Shown piece after piece: positions 34,341 through 43,501 of a stretch of 59,480 bases of DNA. Made by a program: the position numbers and the translations under genes. The DNA lies in contig CAZQCK010000001.1 of the NCBI GenBank assembly GCA_964591925.1, positions 1-59,480 of the forward strand, read 5' to 3'. The number at the start of each line of letters is the position of its first letter. Positions within the stretch are counted from its first letter, which is position 1. This stretch comes from an uncultured Desulfobacterales bacterium (GTDB taxonomy: Bacteria; Desulfobacterota; DSM-4660; Desulfatiglandales; HGW-15). The notes under the pieces were generated by a model. It searched no databases. It was given only the letters and a program-made list of their open reading frames with translations, and had not been told where the DNA came from.

Positions 34341-34356
34341 GGTTCCCGCCTTCGGT

Positions 34357-35661
34357 TCATGCCCCTTCCACCCGAATGACCCGGGTCGGGTGAGTAAGGA
34401 TGTCCAGTGGATCCAGGCGGGAGAGGGCCTCCATCACATTGCGCTCCAGAGCCTCGTGGGTGAGTGTGACCACGGGGACGGATCCGTTGATCTGCCGGCC
34501 TTTCTGGATCACCGAGGAAAGGCTGATGTCGTGCTCCCCCAGAATGCCGGAAATTCGGCTCAAGACACCGGGGCGGTCCATCGCCGAAAAACGAAAGTAA
34601 TACGCACTCCTCAACTCGGCCATGGGCCTAATGGCGATCTCGGTTTCCAAGGGGCGTGCATGGGCCAGGGGAGGCATGAAGTTCTTCATCCCCTGCCGGA
34701 TTTCCCGCGCCAGATAGATGATGTCCGAGGCCACCGCGCTCCCGGTGGGGCGCCTGCCGGCACCCAGGCCGTAATACAGGTTCGGCCCCACAAAATCGCC
34801 TTCCAGGTGGATGGCGTTGTACGGGCCGTTCACATTGGCCAGGATGTGATCTTTGGGGATCATGGCGGGATGGACCCGGGCCTCCACGCCTTCTTTGCTG
34901 TGCCTGGCAATGGCCAGGAGCTTGATGCGATACCCGAACTCGTCGGCGAAGCGGATGTCCTCCGGAGTGATCCGGCCGATCCCCTCGCAGTGAATGCGTC
35001 CCAGGGCGGCGGGCGCTCCGAAGGTGATGGATATCAGGATGGCGAGTTTGTGAGCCGCATCCGTACCGTCCACATCCAGGGTGGGCGGGTCTTCCGCGTA
35101 TCCAAGCTCAATGGCCTCCTGTACGGCCCGATCATACGGCTGGTCCTTTTCGGTCATGCGGGTCAGGATGTAGTTGGACGTCCCGTTGAGAATCCCCATT
35201 ATCGTGGTCACGCGATTGGCGGACAGCCCTCCGCGAAGTGAACCGATGATCGGAATCCCCCCTCCCACACTGGCCTCGAAGGCCAGGTCCACGCCGTGCA
35301 ATCCAGCCGCCTCGTAGATTTCCCTGCCGTGCTCGGCCAGCAGGGCCTTGTTCGCAGTGACCACGTGCTTTCCCCGCTCCATGGCGGTCAGAATGAATTC
35401 CCGCGCCTTGCCCGTCCCCCCCATGAGCTCGGCCACGATGTGGATCTCCGGGTCACCGAGGACGTCCTCGGCGTCCCGCGTCAAGACGGAAGGCTCTACT
35501 GCCACCCCCCGATCCGAGGTGATGTCGAGATCGGCGATCCGCCGGATCACGATATCCGCTCCCACCCGGTTTCGAATGATCTCTCGATTCCGGAGCAAGA
35601 CCTCCGCCGTGCCGGCTCCCACCGTTCCAAACCCTATGATACCCACGTTGACCGACTTCAT
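34357..35661 (-). CDS. hom: Homoserine dehydrogenase
   Basis: 434 aa: VNVGIIGFGTVG N-terminus, catalytic domain and C-terminal ACT domain. Confidence 0.92.
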   Translation of the reverse strand: MKSVNVGIIGFGTVGAGTAEVLLRNREIIRNRVGADIVIRRIADLDITSDRGVAVEPSVLTRDAEDVLGDPEIHIVAELMGGTGKAREFILTAMERGKHVVTANKALLAEHGREIYEAAGLHGVDLAFEASVGGGIPIIGSLRGGLSANRVTTIMGILNGTSNYILTRMTEKDQPYDRAVQEAIELGYAEDPPTLDVDGTDAAHKLAILISITFGAPAALGRIHCEGIGRITPEDIRFADEFGYRIKLLAIARHSKEGVEARVHPAMIPKDHILANVNGPYNAIHLEGDFVGPNLYYGLGAGRRPTGSAVASDIIYLAREIRQGMKNFMPPLAHARPLETEIAIRPMAELRSAYYFRFSAMDRPGVLSRISGILGEHDISLSSVIQKGRQINGSVPVVTLTHEALERNVMEALSRLDPLDILTHPTRVIRVEGA

Positions 35662-35716
35662 TGATCCCCCCGGGCCGTGTTTCGCGGCGACCCGCCTCGG
35701 ACGCTTAGGAGGCCGG

Positions 35717-35771
35717 CAGAAATAAATTGGACAAAATTGCGCTCAGATTTGGGTCATATTTGGCTGCGGCG
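35717..35771 (-). repeat. Interspersed repeat family C, copy 2
   Basis: The reverse complement, cgccgcagccaaatatgacccaaatctgagcgcaattttgtccaatttatttctg, matches bases 1-53. It lies 55 nt upstream of the hom ATG on the same strand. Confidence 0.6.
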
Positions 35772-35832
35772 ATTGAGCAAAACCACAGGCGTAGCTGGAC
35801 TACGTCGAGGATTTTGCGATTGAGCCGCAGCC
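35762..35832 (-). other. 71-nt imperfect hairpin between the alaC-like gene and hom
   Basis: Outer stem ggctgcgg/ccgcagcc, inner stem gcaaaa/ttttgc, apical stem cgtag/ctacg. A symmetric internal loop carries the same octamer (gattgagc on plus) on both sides. Confidence 0.45.
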
Positions 35833-35886
35833 GAAGATGGCCCGAAGATGAGATGCAAGATGTTCAAGTTATTTTTGCCGGCCTCC

Positions 35887-37053
35887 TTACAGCGCTTGTC
35901 GAATCCCTCGAATCGCCTGATTGATCCGCTGGGGATTCTCGACCAGGGCGAACCGCACGGAATCGTCCCCATACTCCCCGAAACCGATGCCGGGCGACAC
36001 CGCCACCTTGGCCTTCTGAATGAGCATCTTGGAAAACTCGACGGAACCCATGTGCTGGTATGCCTCGGGAATCCGCGCCCAGAGAAACATGGTCGCCTTA
36101 GGGGTCTCTACGGGCCATCCGATGCGGTTGAGTCCGCTCACCAGGGCGTCCCGTCGCCGGCGGTAAATGTCCACGATCTCGGCTACGCAGTCCTGCGGAC
36201 CGTTCAACGCTATGATGGATGCGATCTGGATGGGCTGAAACATGCCATAGTCCAGGTAGCTCTTGATCCTGCGAAGGGCCGCGACGATCTCGGGGTTTCC
36301 CACACAAAAGCCCACGCGCCAGCCCGGCATGGAGTAGCTCTTGGACAGGCTGAAAAACTCCACCCCGATCTCCTTGGCCCCGGGGACCTGCAGAAAGCTC
36401 GGTGGTTCGTACCCGTCAAAAACCAGGTCGGCGTAAGCGAAATCGTGGACCACCATAATGTCGTGCTCCCGGCAGAAGTCCACGATCTTCTCGAAAAAAC
36501 CTTGATCCACCACGTTTGTGGTAGGATTGTGCGGGTAGGAGATAATCAGGATTTTCGGGTTCGGCCAAGTCTGCTTGGTTGCACTGAGCAGGTCCTCGAA
36601 AAAATCCCGCCCAGGCGCGATGGGGATGCTGCGAAGATCCCCTCCCGCAATAATGACCGAGTATGGATGAATGGGGTAGGTGGGGTTCGGCGCGAACACC
36701 ACGTCTCCGGGACTCACCATAGCAAGAACCAGGTGGCTCAGGCCTTCTTTCGCGCCTATGGTGGCGATCGCCTCGGTTTCCGGATCGATGTCCACGTCGT
36801 AGCGCCGCTTGTACCAGCTGGAAATGGCATGCCGCAGCTTGGTTATTCCGGCCGAGGCGCTGTAGCGATGGTTCTGCCCCTTTTCCGCGGCCTCCACCAG
36901 TTTGTCCACAATGTGCTTGGGAGTGGGAATGTCCGGGTTTCCCATGCCCATATCGATGATGTCCTCGCCCCTGCGTCGCAGATCCATCTTGAGCTCGTTT
37001 ACGATGGCGAACACGTACGGGGGCAGACGGCTCATTCGGCGGAACTCGTGCAT
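35887..37053 (-). CDS. Class I aminotransferase, AlaC/YfdZ-like
   Basis: ATG 37053 follows GGGAGGA. The N-terminus [33 protein letters not shown] closely resembles E. coli AlaC/YfdZ. Confidence 0.85.
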   Translation of the reverse strand: MHEFRRMSRLPPYVFAIVNELKMDLRRRGEDIIDMGMGNPDIPTPKHIVDKLVEAAEKGQNHRYSASAGITKLRHAISSWYKRRYDVDIDPETEAIATIGAKEGLSHLVLAMVSPGDVVFAPNPTYPIHPYSVIIAGGDLRSIPIAPGRDFFEDLLSATKQTWPNPKILIISYPHNPTTNVVDQGFFEKIVDFCREHDIMVVHDFAYADLVFDGYEPPSFLQVPGAKEIGVEFFSLSKSYSMPGWRVGFCVGNPEIVAALRRIKSYLDYGMFQPIQIASIIALNGPQDCVAEIVDIYRRRRDALVSGLNRIGWPVETPKATMFLWARIPEAYQHMGSVEFSKMLIQKAKVAVSPGIGFGEYGDDSVRFALVENPQRINQAIRGIRQAL

Positions 37054-37097
37054 GGCAATCCTCCCAGTCAAAAATCTTCATCAAAAATTTTTACGCT

Positions 37098-37160
37098 GGT
37101 GCCCATCCATAAGCAAATTTTGGGCACTGGTGAGTTTCCAATTCAGACTGGATGGAAACT
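37098..37160. repeat. Repeat family B, short derivative
   Basis: ggtgcccatccataagcaaattttgggcactggtgagtttccaattcaga-ctggatggaaact matches the 51783-51835 arm of family B, followed directly by the opposite TIR with the interior missing. Confidence 0.65.
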
Positions 37161-37226
37161 ACCCTATCGGAAGGGAAAAAGCAACGGCGGAGGAACCGCG
37201 GCGAGCCGTCACGGGCAGGTAGAGCA

Positions 37227-38705
37227 TCAGGAAGAGCGGTACCGGGAAAAGCGCTCCGCCTCTTGCTTCAACCAATCCGGCCAGTATGCCTCGTCAATGG
37301 GATAGCTGGCGTCCAGCGCCTGAAAAGAGCCCTCTCCGGCCACCCGCGCGATCCGCTCCTGGGTGTTGTACTTCACCTCGTCCACCCCCACCAGGCGGGC
37401 CACGGCGCGGTTGATCTCTTCGATGTCCTTGTCATACGGATTGGTCCCGGCAAACGCCCTCTGGGCTGCCAGCTCCCTCAGGCAGTTTGTCCCTCTGTGC
37501 CACTCCTTGAACGAAGGAAAGAACATGGCGCCGTAGGAAATCCAGAACTCCACATAGCGGGCCCCCGCATTGTAGACCACCCACACCGAGCCGCCCTCGC
37601 TTACGGTTCCCCGCACGATGCTGTCATCCCCCATGGCAATGCTTCTGCCGGACAGCAGGCTGTCTATGCCCCCGAACTTGAGGCCCACCTCCTGGGCGCG
37701 GGTCTGCATCGCCCCTTCCTGAAACGTCCGCACCGCCTGAGGAAGCTTGATCAGGGCGGGGTAGAGAGGCTTTCCCAGTCCCTGCGCAATGCCCACCGTC
37801 ACACCCCATCCTGATTCCGGGTTGGGAATGACCACGTCAGCCGCAGATGTGCCGTACTGTTGAACCAGCTCCAGACCCAGATCGCGTCGAATCTGAAAAA
37901 TTTCCCTTCCCCTGTATTTGGAGGCGACATTGCCGAAGTAGACCCCCTGGAACACATCCGGCATCATGATCTCCTCCCGCAGCCGCTCGGTCTCTACCCC
38001 GGAGGATGAGCAAATGGTCATTTCAGCCCCATCATACTCATGCGGATCCATTCCGCACAGACGGCGGTGGGAGCACGATTCCGAGCTTGCGACAAAGGCC
38101 CCCTCTATCTCGGCGCGGCAGAAAGGCTCGAAAGCACGATCGTCATTGAGGGTGATGAGGAAAGGCTGCCGTCCATCGTGCACCAGGGCGGCCAGGGCGA
38201 AGGTGGCCCTGCCGTGGAGCCGGTCCACCAATCTGCGACCGGCCTCGAAACAGATTCCATCTTCAGAGATATAGCGATGAAGCAGCGCCCCTACGACCTC
38301 GGTTTTGTTGTCTGTGACCAATGCGTAATCCGACTCCAGGTCCCTTTTGAGATCGTCTTCCCGAATGAGGTAGCCGTCCATGGTGACGGCCACTTCATAA
38401 GAGGAAGACTTCCTCGGTTGTACCTTGATCGGCTCGGCATTGATCTTTTCCGGTATTCTTCGCTTGGTGTACCCTATGTTTCCGATGGCCGCCCACGGGT
38501 CCAGGTCCTGAAAGGTCCGGATCAGGTCGGAGTCTATGACCTCGGCGATCCGTCCCAGGGCCTTGTGCACGTAAATCCCCCTGGTGTTCGCCACGGCGAT
38601 TCCCGTGCTCGCCTTTCCCCGATGCTGACAGGCGCCGGTGGCCAAAAACGCCTTGCTCACCAGGTCCCGGTCACCCGGTCCGAACAGCCCGACAATGCCG
38701 TCCAT
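37227..38705 (-). CDS. Amidophosphoribosyltransferase-like protein (PurF paralog) lacking the N-terminal nucleophile Cys
   Basis: 492 aa with an Ntn-amidotransferase-like N-domain and a PRTase motif GDDSIVRGT. The protein begins MDGIVG, where PurF has MCGIVG. Confidence 0.75.
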   Translation of the reverse strand: MDGIVGLFGPGDRDLVSKAFLATGACQHRGKASTGIAVANTRGIYVHKALGRIAEVIDSDLIRTFQDLDPWAAIGNIGYTKRRIPEKINAEPIKVQPRKSSSYEVAVTMDGYLIREDDLKRDLESDYALVTDNKTEVVGALLHRYISEDGICFEAGRRLVDRLHGRATFALAALVHDGRQPFLITLNDDRAFEPFCRAEIEGAFVASSESCSHRRLCGMDPHEYDGAEMTICSSSGVETERLREEIMMPDVFQGVYFGNVASKYRGREIFQIRRDLGLELVQQYGTSAADVVIPNPESGWGVTVGIAQGLGKPLYPALIKLPQAVRTFQEGAMQTRAQEVGLKFGGIDSLLSGRSIAMGDDSIVRGTVSEGGSVWVVYNAGARYVEFWISYGAMFFPSFKEWHRGTNCLRELAAQRAFAGTNPYDKDIEEINRAVARLVGVDEVKYNTQERIARVAGEGSFQALDASYPIDEAYWPDWLKQEAERFSRYRSS

Positions 38706-38721
38706 GCCCGCTCCTTTTTCT

Positions 38722-41700
38722 TCAGTGGATATCCTGGTGATACTCCTGCAGAGAGCGGACTGTACCTTGCCCCCGGCGGAAACGGGCGATTCCTCGAGAG
38801 GCGGCCAACGCGGCGGCCAGCGTAGTGATGTAGGGAACCCCGTATCGAATGGCCGCCTTCCTAATATAGGAATCGTCGTGCTTGCTCAGCTTACCCGCAG
38901 GCGTGTTCACTACCAGCTGGATTTCACGGTTCTTGATCCCGTCCACGATATTGGGACGCCCCTCGTGCATCTTGGCGATCCGCTCGGCCGGAATGCCCTT
39001 TTCCAAGAGAAACGCCTGGGTGCCGTTAGTGGCCTTGATACCGAACCCCAGCTTGTGGAACTGGTTTGCCACCTCCAGGACGGCCGGCCGATCACGTTCT
39101 GCAACCGTGATGAGAACGGTGCCTTCCAGGGGCAGGACCTGTTTGGCCGCGGCCTGGGCCTTGTAATAAGCCAGGCCGAAGGTGTCGGCCAGACCCAGGA
39201 CTTCTCCGGTGGAGCGCATCTCCGGGCCGAGGAGGGGGTCCACTTCGTGAAACATGTTGAACGGGAAGACCGCCTCCTTCACCCCGAAGTGCGGCACATT
39301 GCCCTTCGTGATGTCCAGGTCGGCCAGCCTCTTTCCCAGCATGACCTGGGTGGCTAGACGGGCCATGGGAATACCGCACACCTTGGAGACCAGAGGCACT
39401 GTTCGGGACGCCCGGGGATTGGCCTCCAGGATATAGACCGTGTCCTCGGAAATGGCGTACTGGATGTTCATGAGACCCACCACGTTCAGCTCCACGGCGA
39501 TCCTTCGTGTGTACTCCTCTATTATCTCCAGGTGCTTGGCCGCGATGCTGATGGGCGGAATCACGCAGGCGGAGTCACCGGAGTGCACGCCCGCCAGCTC
39601 GATGTGTTCCATGACCGCAGGCACGAAAGCATCGGTGCCGTCGGCGACCGCATCCGCCTCCACCTCTATGGCGTTTTCCAAAAACTTGTCGATCAGGATG
39701 GGGCGCTCCGGAGAAACGCCCACAGCCGCGGAAACATAGTGTCTCAGCATTTCCTCGTCATGAACCACTTCCATGCCTCTACCGCCCAGAACATAGGACG
39801 GCCGCACCATCAGAGGATAGCCGATGCGCTCCGCGGCCTTCAAGGCCTCATCCAATGTGCCGGCCATGTCGGATTCCGGCTCAGGAATGCCCAGCTTGCG
39901 CATCTTCTGCCGGAACCGGTCCCGGTCCTCGGCCAGGTCTATGACGTCCGGAGATGTTCCGATGATGCGGACACCTGCCTCGGCCAGCTCTCCGGCGATA
40001 TTCAGAGGTGTCTGCCCGCCGAATTGCACAATCACGCCTTCCGGTTTCTCTTTCTCGTAGATGCTGAGCACGTCCTCCACTGTGAGAGGCTCGAAATAGA
40101 GCTTGTCCGAGGTGTCATAATCTGTGGATACGGTTTCGGGATTGCAGTTCACCATGATCGACTGCATGCCTTCATCCCGAAGCGCGAACGCGGCATGCAC
40201 GCAACAGTAGTCGAACTCTATCCCCTGTCCGATGCGGTTCGGCCCGCCCCCCAACACCATGATCTTTCGGTTGGATCCGGCCTCCACATGATCCGGGGTC
40301 TTGGCCGTGGAGTGGTTGTACGTGGAGTAGTAGTACGCTGCATTTTCCACGCCGCTCACAGGCACCGCTTCCCATGCCTCCACCACGCCCAGGGCGGACC
40401 GGCGGGTTCGAATCTCTCCTTCGGAACGCTGCAACAGCATGGACAGATACCGATCGCTGAATCCGTCCTTCTTGGCTCGCTCCAGAAGAGCGTCCGGGAG
40501 ATCGCCGGGACCGCGTCCACGAATCTCCTCCTCCAGCTCCACCAGCTCCCTCATCCGCTCTATGAACCAGGGCTTGATGTGCGTCTTTTCGAAAAGCGCC
40601 TGCACCTCCGCGCCCTTACGCAGGGCCTCGTACATGATGAACTGCCGTTCACTGCTGGGTTCGGAGAGCCGATCCATTAGATCTTCCAGGGACCGCTCGT
40701 GGAAGTCCACTGCGAAACCAAGACCGTACCGCCCTGTTTCAAGAGAACGGATCGCCTTCTGAAAGGCCTCCTTATAGGTCTTTCCAATGCTCATCACCTC
40801 GCCCACAGCCCGCATCTGGGTCCCCAGGCGGTCTTCGGCCCCGGGAAACTTCTCGAATCCCCAGCGGGCGAACTTCACAACCACATAATCCCCCCAAGGG
40901 GTGTACTTCTCCAGGGTACCTTCGCGCCAGTAGGGAATCTCGTCGAGGGTCACGCCGCCGGCAAGTATGGCGGAGATGAGTGCAATGGGGAACCCCGTGG
41001 CCTTGGAGGCCAGGGCCGAGGACCGGGAGGTCCTCGGGTTGATCTCGATCACCACCACCCGGCCGGTCCGGGGATCGTGGGCGAACTGAATGTTGGTTCC
41101 GCCGATGACCTCGATCGCTTCGACGATGGCGTAAGAGTACTTCTGGAGCCGCTCCTGGAGCTCGGTCGAGATGGTAAGCATGGGCGCCGTACAGTACGAA
41201 TCGCCCGTATGCACGCCCATGGCGTCGACGTTCTCTATGAAGCACACCGTGATGAGCTGGTTCTTGGCGTCCCGGACCACCTCCAGCTCCAGCTCTTCCC
41301 ATCCGAGAACCGACTCCTCAACCAGAACCTGACCGACCAGGCTCGCGGCCAGTCCCCGCGCCGCCACCGAGCGAAGCTCCTCCACGTTGTATACGTGGCC
41401 GCCGCCGGTGCCGCCCATGGTGTAGGCCGGCCGGATCACCACAGGGTATCCCAGCTTCTCCGCAATACGTTCGGCTTCTTCGATGGTGAACGCGGGTTCA
41501 CTCCGGGGCATCTCGATGCCGAGCCGGTCCATGGTCTCCTTGAACGCAATCCGGTCCTCTCCCCGTTTGATCGCATCCGCCTGCACACCGATCATCTTCA
41601 CGCCGTTCCTGTCCAGCACCCCTGTCCGCGCAAGCTCGGAGGAGAGGTTGAGTCCGGACTGACCGCCGAGGTTCGGCAGGATGGCGTCCGGCTTTTCCCG

Positions 41701-41937
41701 CTCCACGATGCGCTCCATGGTGTCAAGGTCAAGAGGCTCGATGTACGTCGCATCGGCCATGCCGGGATCGGTCATGATGGTGGCCGGGTTGGAGTTGACC
41801 AGCACGATCTCATACCCCAACTTGCGCAGGGCCTTGCAGGCCTGCGTTCCGGAATAGTCGAATTCGCAAGCCTGTCCTATCACAATGGGACCGGAGCCGA
41901 TGATCATGACCTTGTGTATGTCCTCACGCCTGGGCAT
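38722..41937 (-). CDS. carB: Carbamoyl-phosphate synthase large subunit
   Basis: ATG 41937 (MPRREDIHKVMIIGSGPIVIGQACEFDYSGTQA), 1071 aa, two ATP-grasp halves plus an MGS-like domain. Confidence 0.95.
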   Translation of the reverse strand: MPRREDIHKVMIIGSGPIVIGQACEFDYSGTQACKALRKLGYEIVLVNSNPATIMTDPGMADATYIEPLDLDTMERIVEREKPDAILPNLGGQSGLNLSSELARTGVLDRNGVKMIGVQADAIKRGEDRIAFKETMDRLGIEMPRSEPAFTIEEAERIAEKLGYPVVIRPAYTMGGTGGGHVYNVEELRSVAARGLAASLVGQVLVEESVLGWEELELEVVRDAKNQLITVCFIENVDAMGVHTGDSYCTAPMLTISTELQERLQKYSYAIVEAIEVIGGTNIQFAHDPRTGRVVVIEINPRTSRSSALASKATGFPIALISAILAGGVTLDEIPYWREGTLEKYTPWGDYVVVKFARWGFEKFPGAEDRLGTQMRAVGEVMSIGKTYKEAFQKAIRSLETGRYGLGFAVDFHERSLEDLMDRLSEPSSERQFIMYEALRKGAEVQALFEKTHIKPWFIERMRELVELEEEIRGRGPGDLPDALLERAKKDGFSDRYLSMLLQRSEGEIRTRRSALGVVEAWEAVPVSGVENAAYYYSTYNHSTAKTPDHVEAGSNRKIMVLGGGPNRIGQGIEFDYCCVHAAFALRDEGMQSIMVNCNPETVSTDYDTSDKLYFEPLTVEDVLSIYEKEKPEGVIVQFGGQTPLNIAGELAEAGVRIIGTSPDVIDLAEDRDRFRQKMRKLGIPEPESDMAGTLDEALKAAERIGYPLMVRPSYVLGGRGMEVVHDEEMLRHYVSAAVGVSPERPILIDKFLENAIEVEADAVADGTDAFVPAVMEHIELAGVHSGDSACVIPPISIAAKHLEIIEEYTRRIAVELNVVGLMNIQYAISEDTVYILEANPRASRTVPLVSKVCGIPMARLATQVMLGKRLADLDITKGNVPHFGVKEAVFPFNMFHEVDPLLGPEMRSTGEVLGLADTFGLAYYKAQAAAKQVLPLEGTVLITVAERDRPAVLEVANQFHKLGFGIKATNGTQAFLLEKGIPAERIAKMHEGRPNIVDGIKNREIQLVVNTPAGKLSKHDDSYIRKAAIRYGVPYITTLAAALAASRGIARFRRGQGTVRSLQEYHQDIH

Positions 41938-42000
41938 GGCGGTCTCCTTTCTCGCCCCTGAAAACGCGGGGGCCTGGGCCGTTCCGGAATGCCCTACGGC

Positions 42001-42039
42001 AAAAGACCCACGGACCCGCAATCGGGGTCTCTGTGGGTC
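42001..42039 (-). terminator. Terminator-like hairpin in the carB leader (possible attenuator)
   Basis: The minus strand reads gacccacagagaccccgattgcgggtccgtgggtc followed by tttt. It lies between the candidate promoter and the carB ATG. Confidence 0.35.
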
Positions 42040-42104
42040 GTGCACCGCATTTCCGCGGAACAACCGGTTCTGCCTATTAGGGGAAATTCTCCTTAAGCGA
42101 CGCC

Positions 42105-42134
42105 AATATAGGGAAGGCCTCTTCAAGGTGTCAA
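42105..42134 (-). promoter_or_regulatory. Candidate sigma-70 promoter for carB
   Basis: Minus strand reads TTGACA-N18-TATATT, about 165 nt upstream of the carB ATG. Confidence 0.45.
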
Positions 42135-42328
42135 GCGGAAACCCCTCCGGCCCGCACCCTGCTTTGAAAGTCCCGGCGGCCGGCGCTCTGATCATAGGGT
42201 GAGTCCTGCGCCCCCATTTCCCTGCGCACCTGCTCGATGGCCTCCCCTTCCCGGGGGCTTACTTCACCGTCGACCCCGGCCACATGAACCACGTTGCCCG
42301 GATAGAGCACCCGTTCCTCTCCGGTCAT
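42131..42328 (-). CDS. Possible small ORF (65 aa)
   Basis: ATG 42328 lies 7 nt after AGGAGAG. The protein MTGEERVLYPGNVVHVAGVDGEVSPREGEAIEQVRREMG... is short and unrecognised, and could be a remnant. Confidence 0.3.
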   Translation of the reverse strand: MTGEERVLYPGNVVHVAGVDGEVSPREGEAIEQVRREMGAQDSPYDQSAGRRDFQSRVRAGGVSA

Positions 42329-42368
42329 GAAAAGCTCTCCTCTCGGACCGCTGTTGCGGCCCCCTGTT

Positions 42369-43325
42369 TCATTCGAGAATCGCGGCGGCCAGGTATCCCA
42401 CCACACGGTTGCGATCCCCGGTCACATCCCCCGAGTTGGCATGGTCAAGAATCACACTCCGGTCCGCGCCCAGCTTTCGGGATGCGGTCATGGCGGTTAC
42501 GGTGGGGCCTCCGCCACACGCTTCGCATCGCCCCGTTTGCAGAGCCTCGGCCAGCCCTTCGGGATCGAACGACTCTACATACTGAATGAAGGCGCCGTCC
42601 AGAACGCGTGCGGTCGCATCGTCGTGGTGGTGGGAAAGATCAGTGCTGGCGATGATCAGGGTACCCTCTTCCTCTTCCAGCCCTCGCGCCAGCGCTTCCG
42701 CCAGCATCGTACAGGTTCCCGGATCCTGCCGTCCCATGATCACCGGTACGATGCGGAAATCCTGCAGAACGGTCTGCAAAAAGGGAAGCTGAATCTCCAG
42801 AGAGTGCTCGGCGGCGTGCGCCTTCGGGACGAAACGGATCCCCGGACTCGAGGCGATGAGGCGATCGGCCATGGAGCGGTCCACCTGTACCCGGCCGAGG
42901 GGGGTCTCGTACGCCTGGTGGCGGGCGACTGAAACGCCGTCAAATCCCCATCGGTGGCTGGGGCCGATCAGGACCACCCGGCGAATGGGCCTTCCCTGGA
43001 TCAGCCGATAGGCGTGGGCAGCCACCGAACCGGAGTAGCGATAGCCCGCATGGGGAACCACCAGGGCCCGAATGCGCCCCTGAACCCGGGGAGGAGCGGC
43101 CTTGGACAGAAAGGTGCGGATGCGGCCGCGCAGTGCGTCGGGCTCCGCAGGATACCAGGCCCCCTGCAGAATGGATCGTCGAATACGCGGACCTTCTTCA
43201 CGCCCTCCCGGCATGGCGCTGGAATCACCTCCGACACCCAAAAGGGAGCACAGGAGAAGGGACACCAGGCAAACCTTCATGCACAGCACGGCATTTTCCA
43301 AGGCAACCCCCTTTACAAACGGCAT
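42369..43325 (-). CDS. Memo-like protein (AmmeMemoRadiSam system protein B family) with N-terminal signal sequence
   Basis: 318 aa: VVPHAGYRYSG, IGPSH, ASTDLSHH motifs. A hydrophobic N-terminus (MKVCLVSLLLCSLLGVGG) precedes the domain. Confidence 0.8.
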   Translation of the reverse strand: MPFVKGVALENAVLCMKVCLVSLLLCSLLGVGGDSSAMPGGREEGPRIRRSILQGAWYPAEPDALRGRIRTFLSKAAPPRVQGRIRALVVPHAGYRYSGSVAAHAYRLIQGRPIRRVVLIGPSHRWGFDGVSVARHQAYETPLGRVQVDRSMADRLIASSPGIRFVPKAHAAEHSLEIQLPFLQTVLQDFRIVPVIMGRQDPGTCTMLAEALARGLEEEEGTLIIASTDLSHHHDDATARVLDGAFIQYVESFDPEGLAEALQTGRCEACGGGPTVTAMTASRKLGADRSVILDHANSGDVTGDRNRVVGYLAAAILE

Positions 43326-43391
43326 TCCCAGGCCTCATGGCCTTGAGATCATAGGATTTTCAAAGCATTTGTTCAAGTTGAATCCATCCTC

Positions 43392-43409
43392 CTGAATTGA
43401 GCGTTTAAT
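43392..43409 (+). promoter_or_regulatory. 18-nt recurrent motif, site b1
   Basis: CTGAATTGAGCGTTTAAT, in the divergent Memo/ABC intergenic region. Confidence 0.45.
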
Positions 43410-43438
43410 GCGAACATGATGACCAGGTCGGCGCAGCC

Positions 43439-43467
43439 TTGACAACCCCCTCCCCCTCCAGTATGCC
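43439..43467 (+). promoter_or_regulatory. Candidate sigma-70 promoter for the ABC exporter pair
   Basis: TTGACA-N17-TATGCC. The -10 element is weak. Confidence 0.3.
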
Positions 43468-43501
43468 CTACAGGGACTGGTCGTGCCCCGGTTATAAAGA
43501 C

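Noticed and set aside
42001-42060. PyrR-binding loop in the carB leader
   Set aside because: The segment CCACAGAGACC only loosely resembles the PyrR recognition sequence (UCCAGAGAGG-like). No pyrR gene is in the window, so the match is too weak to call.
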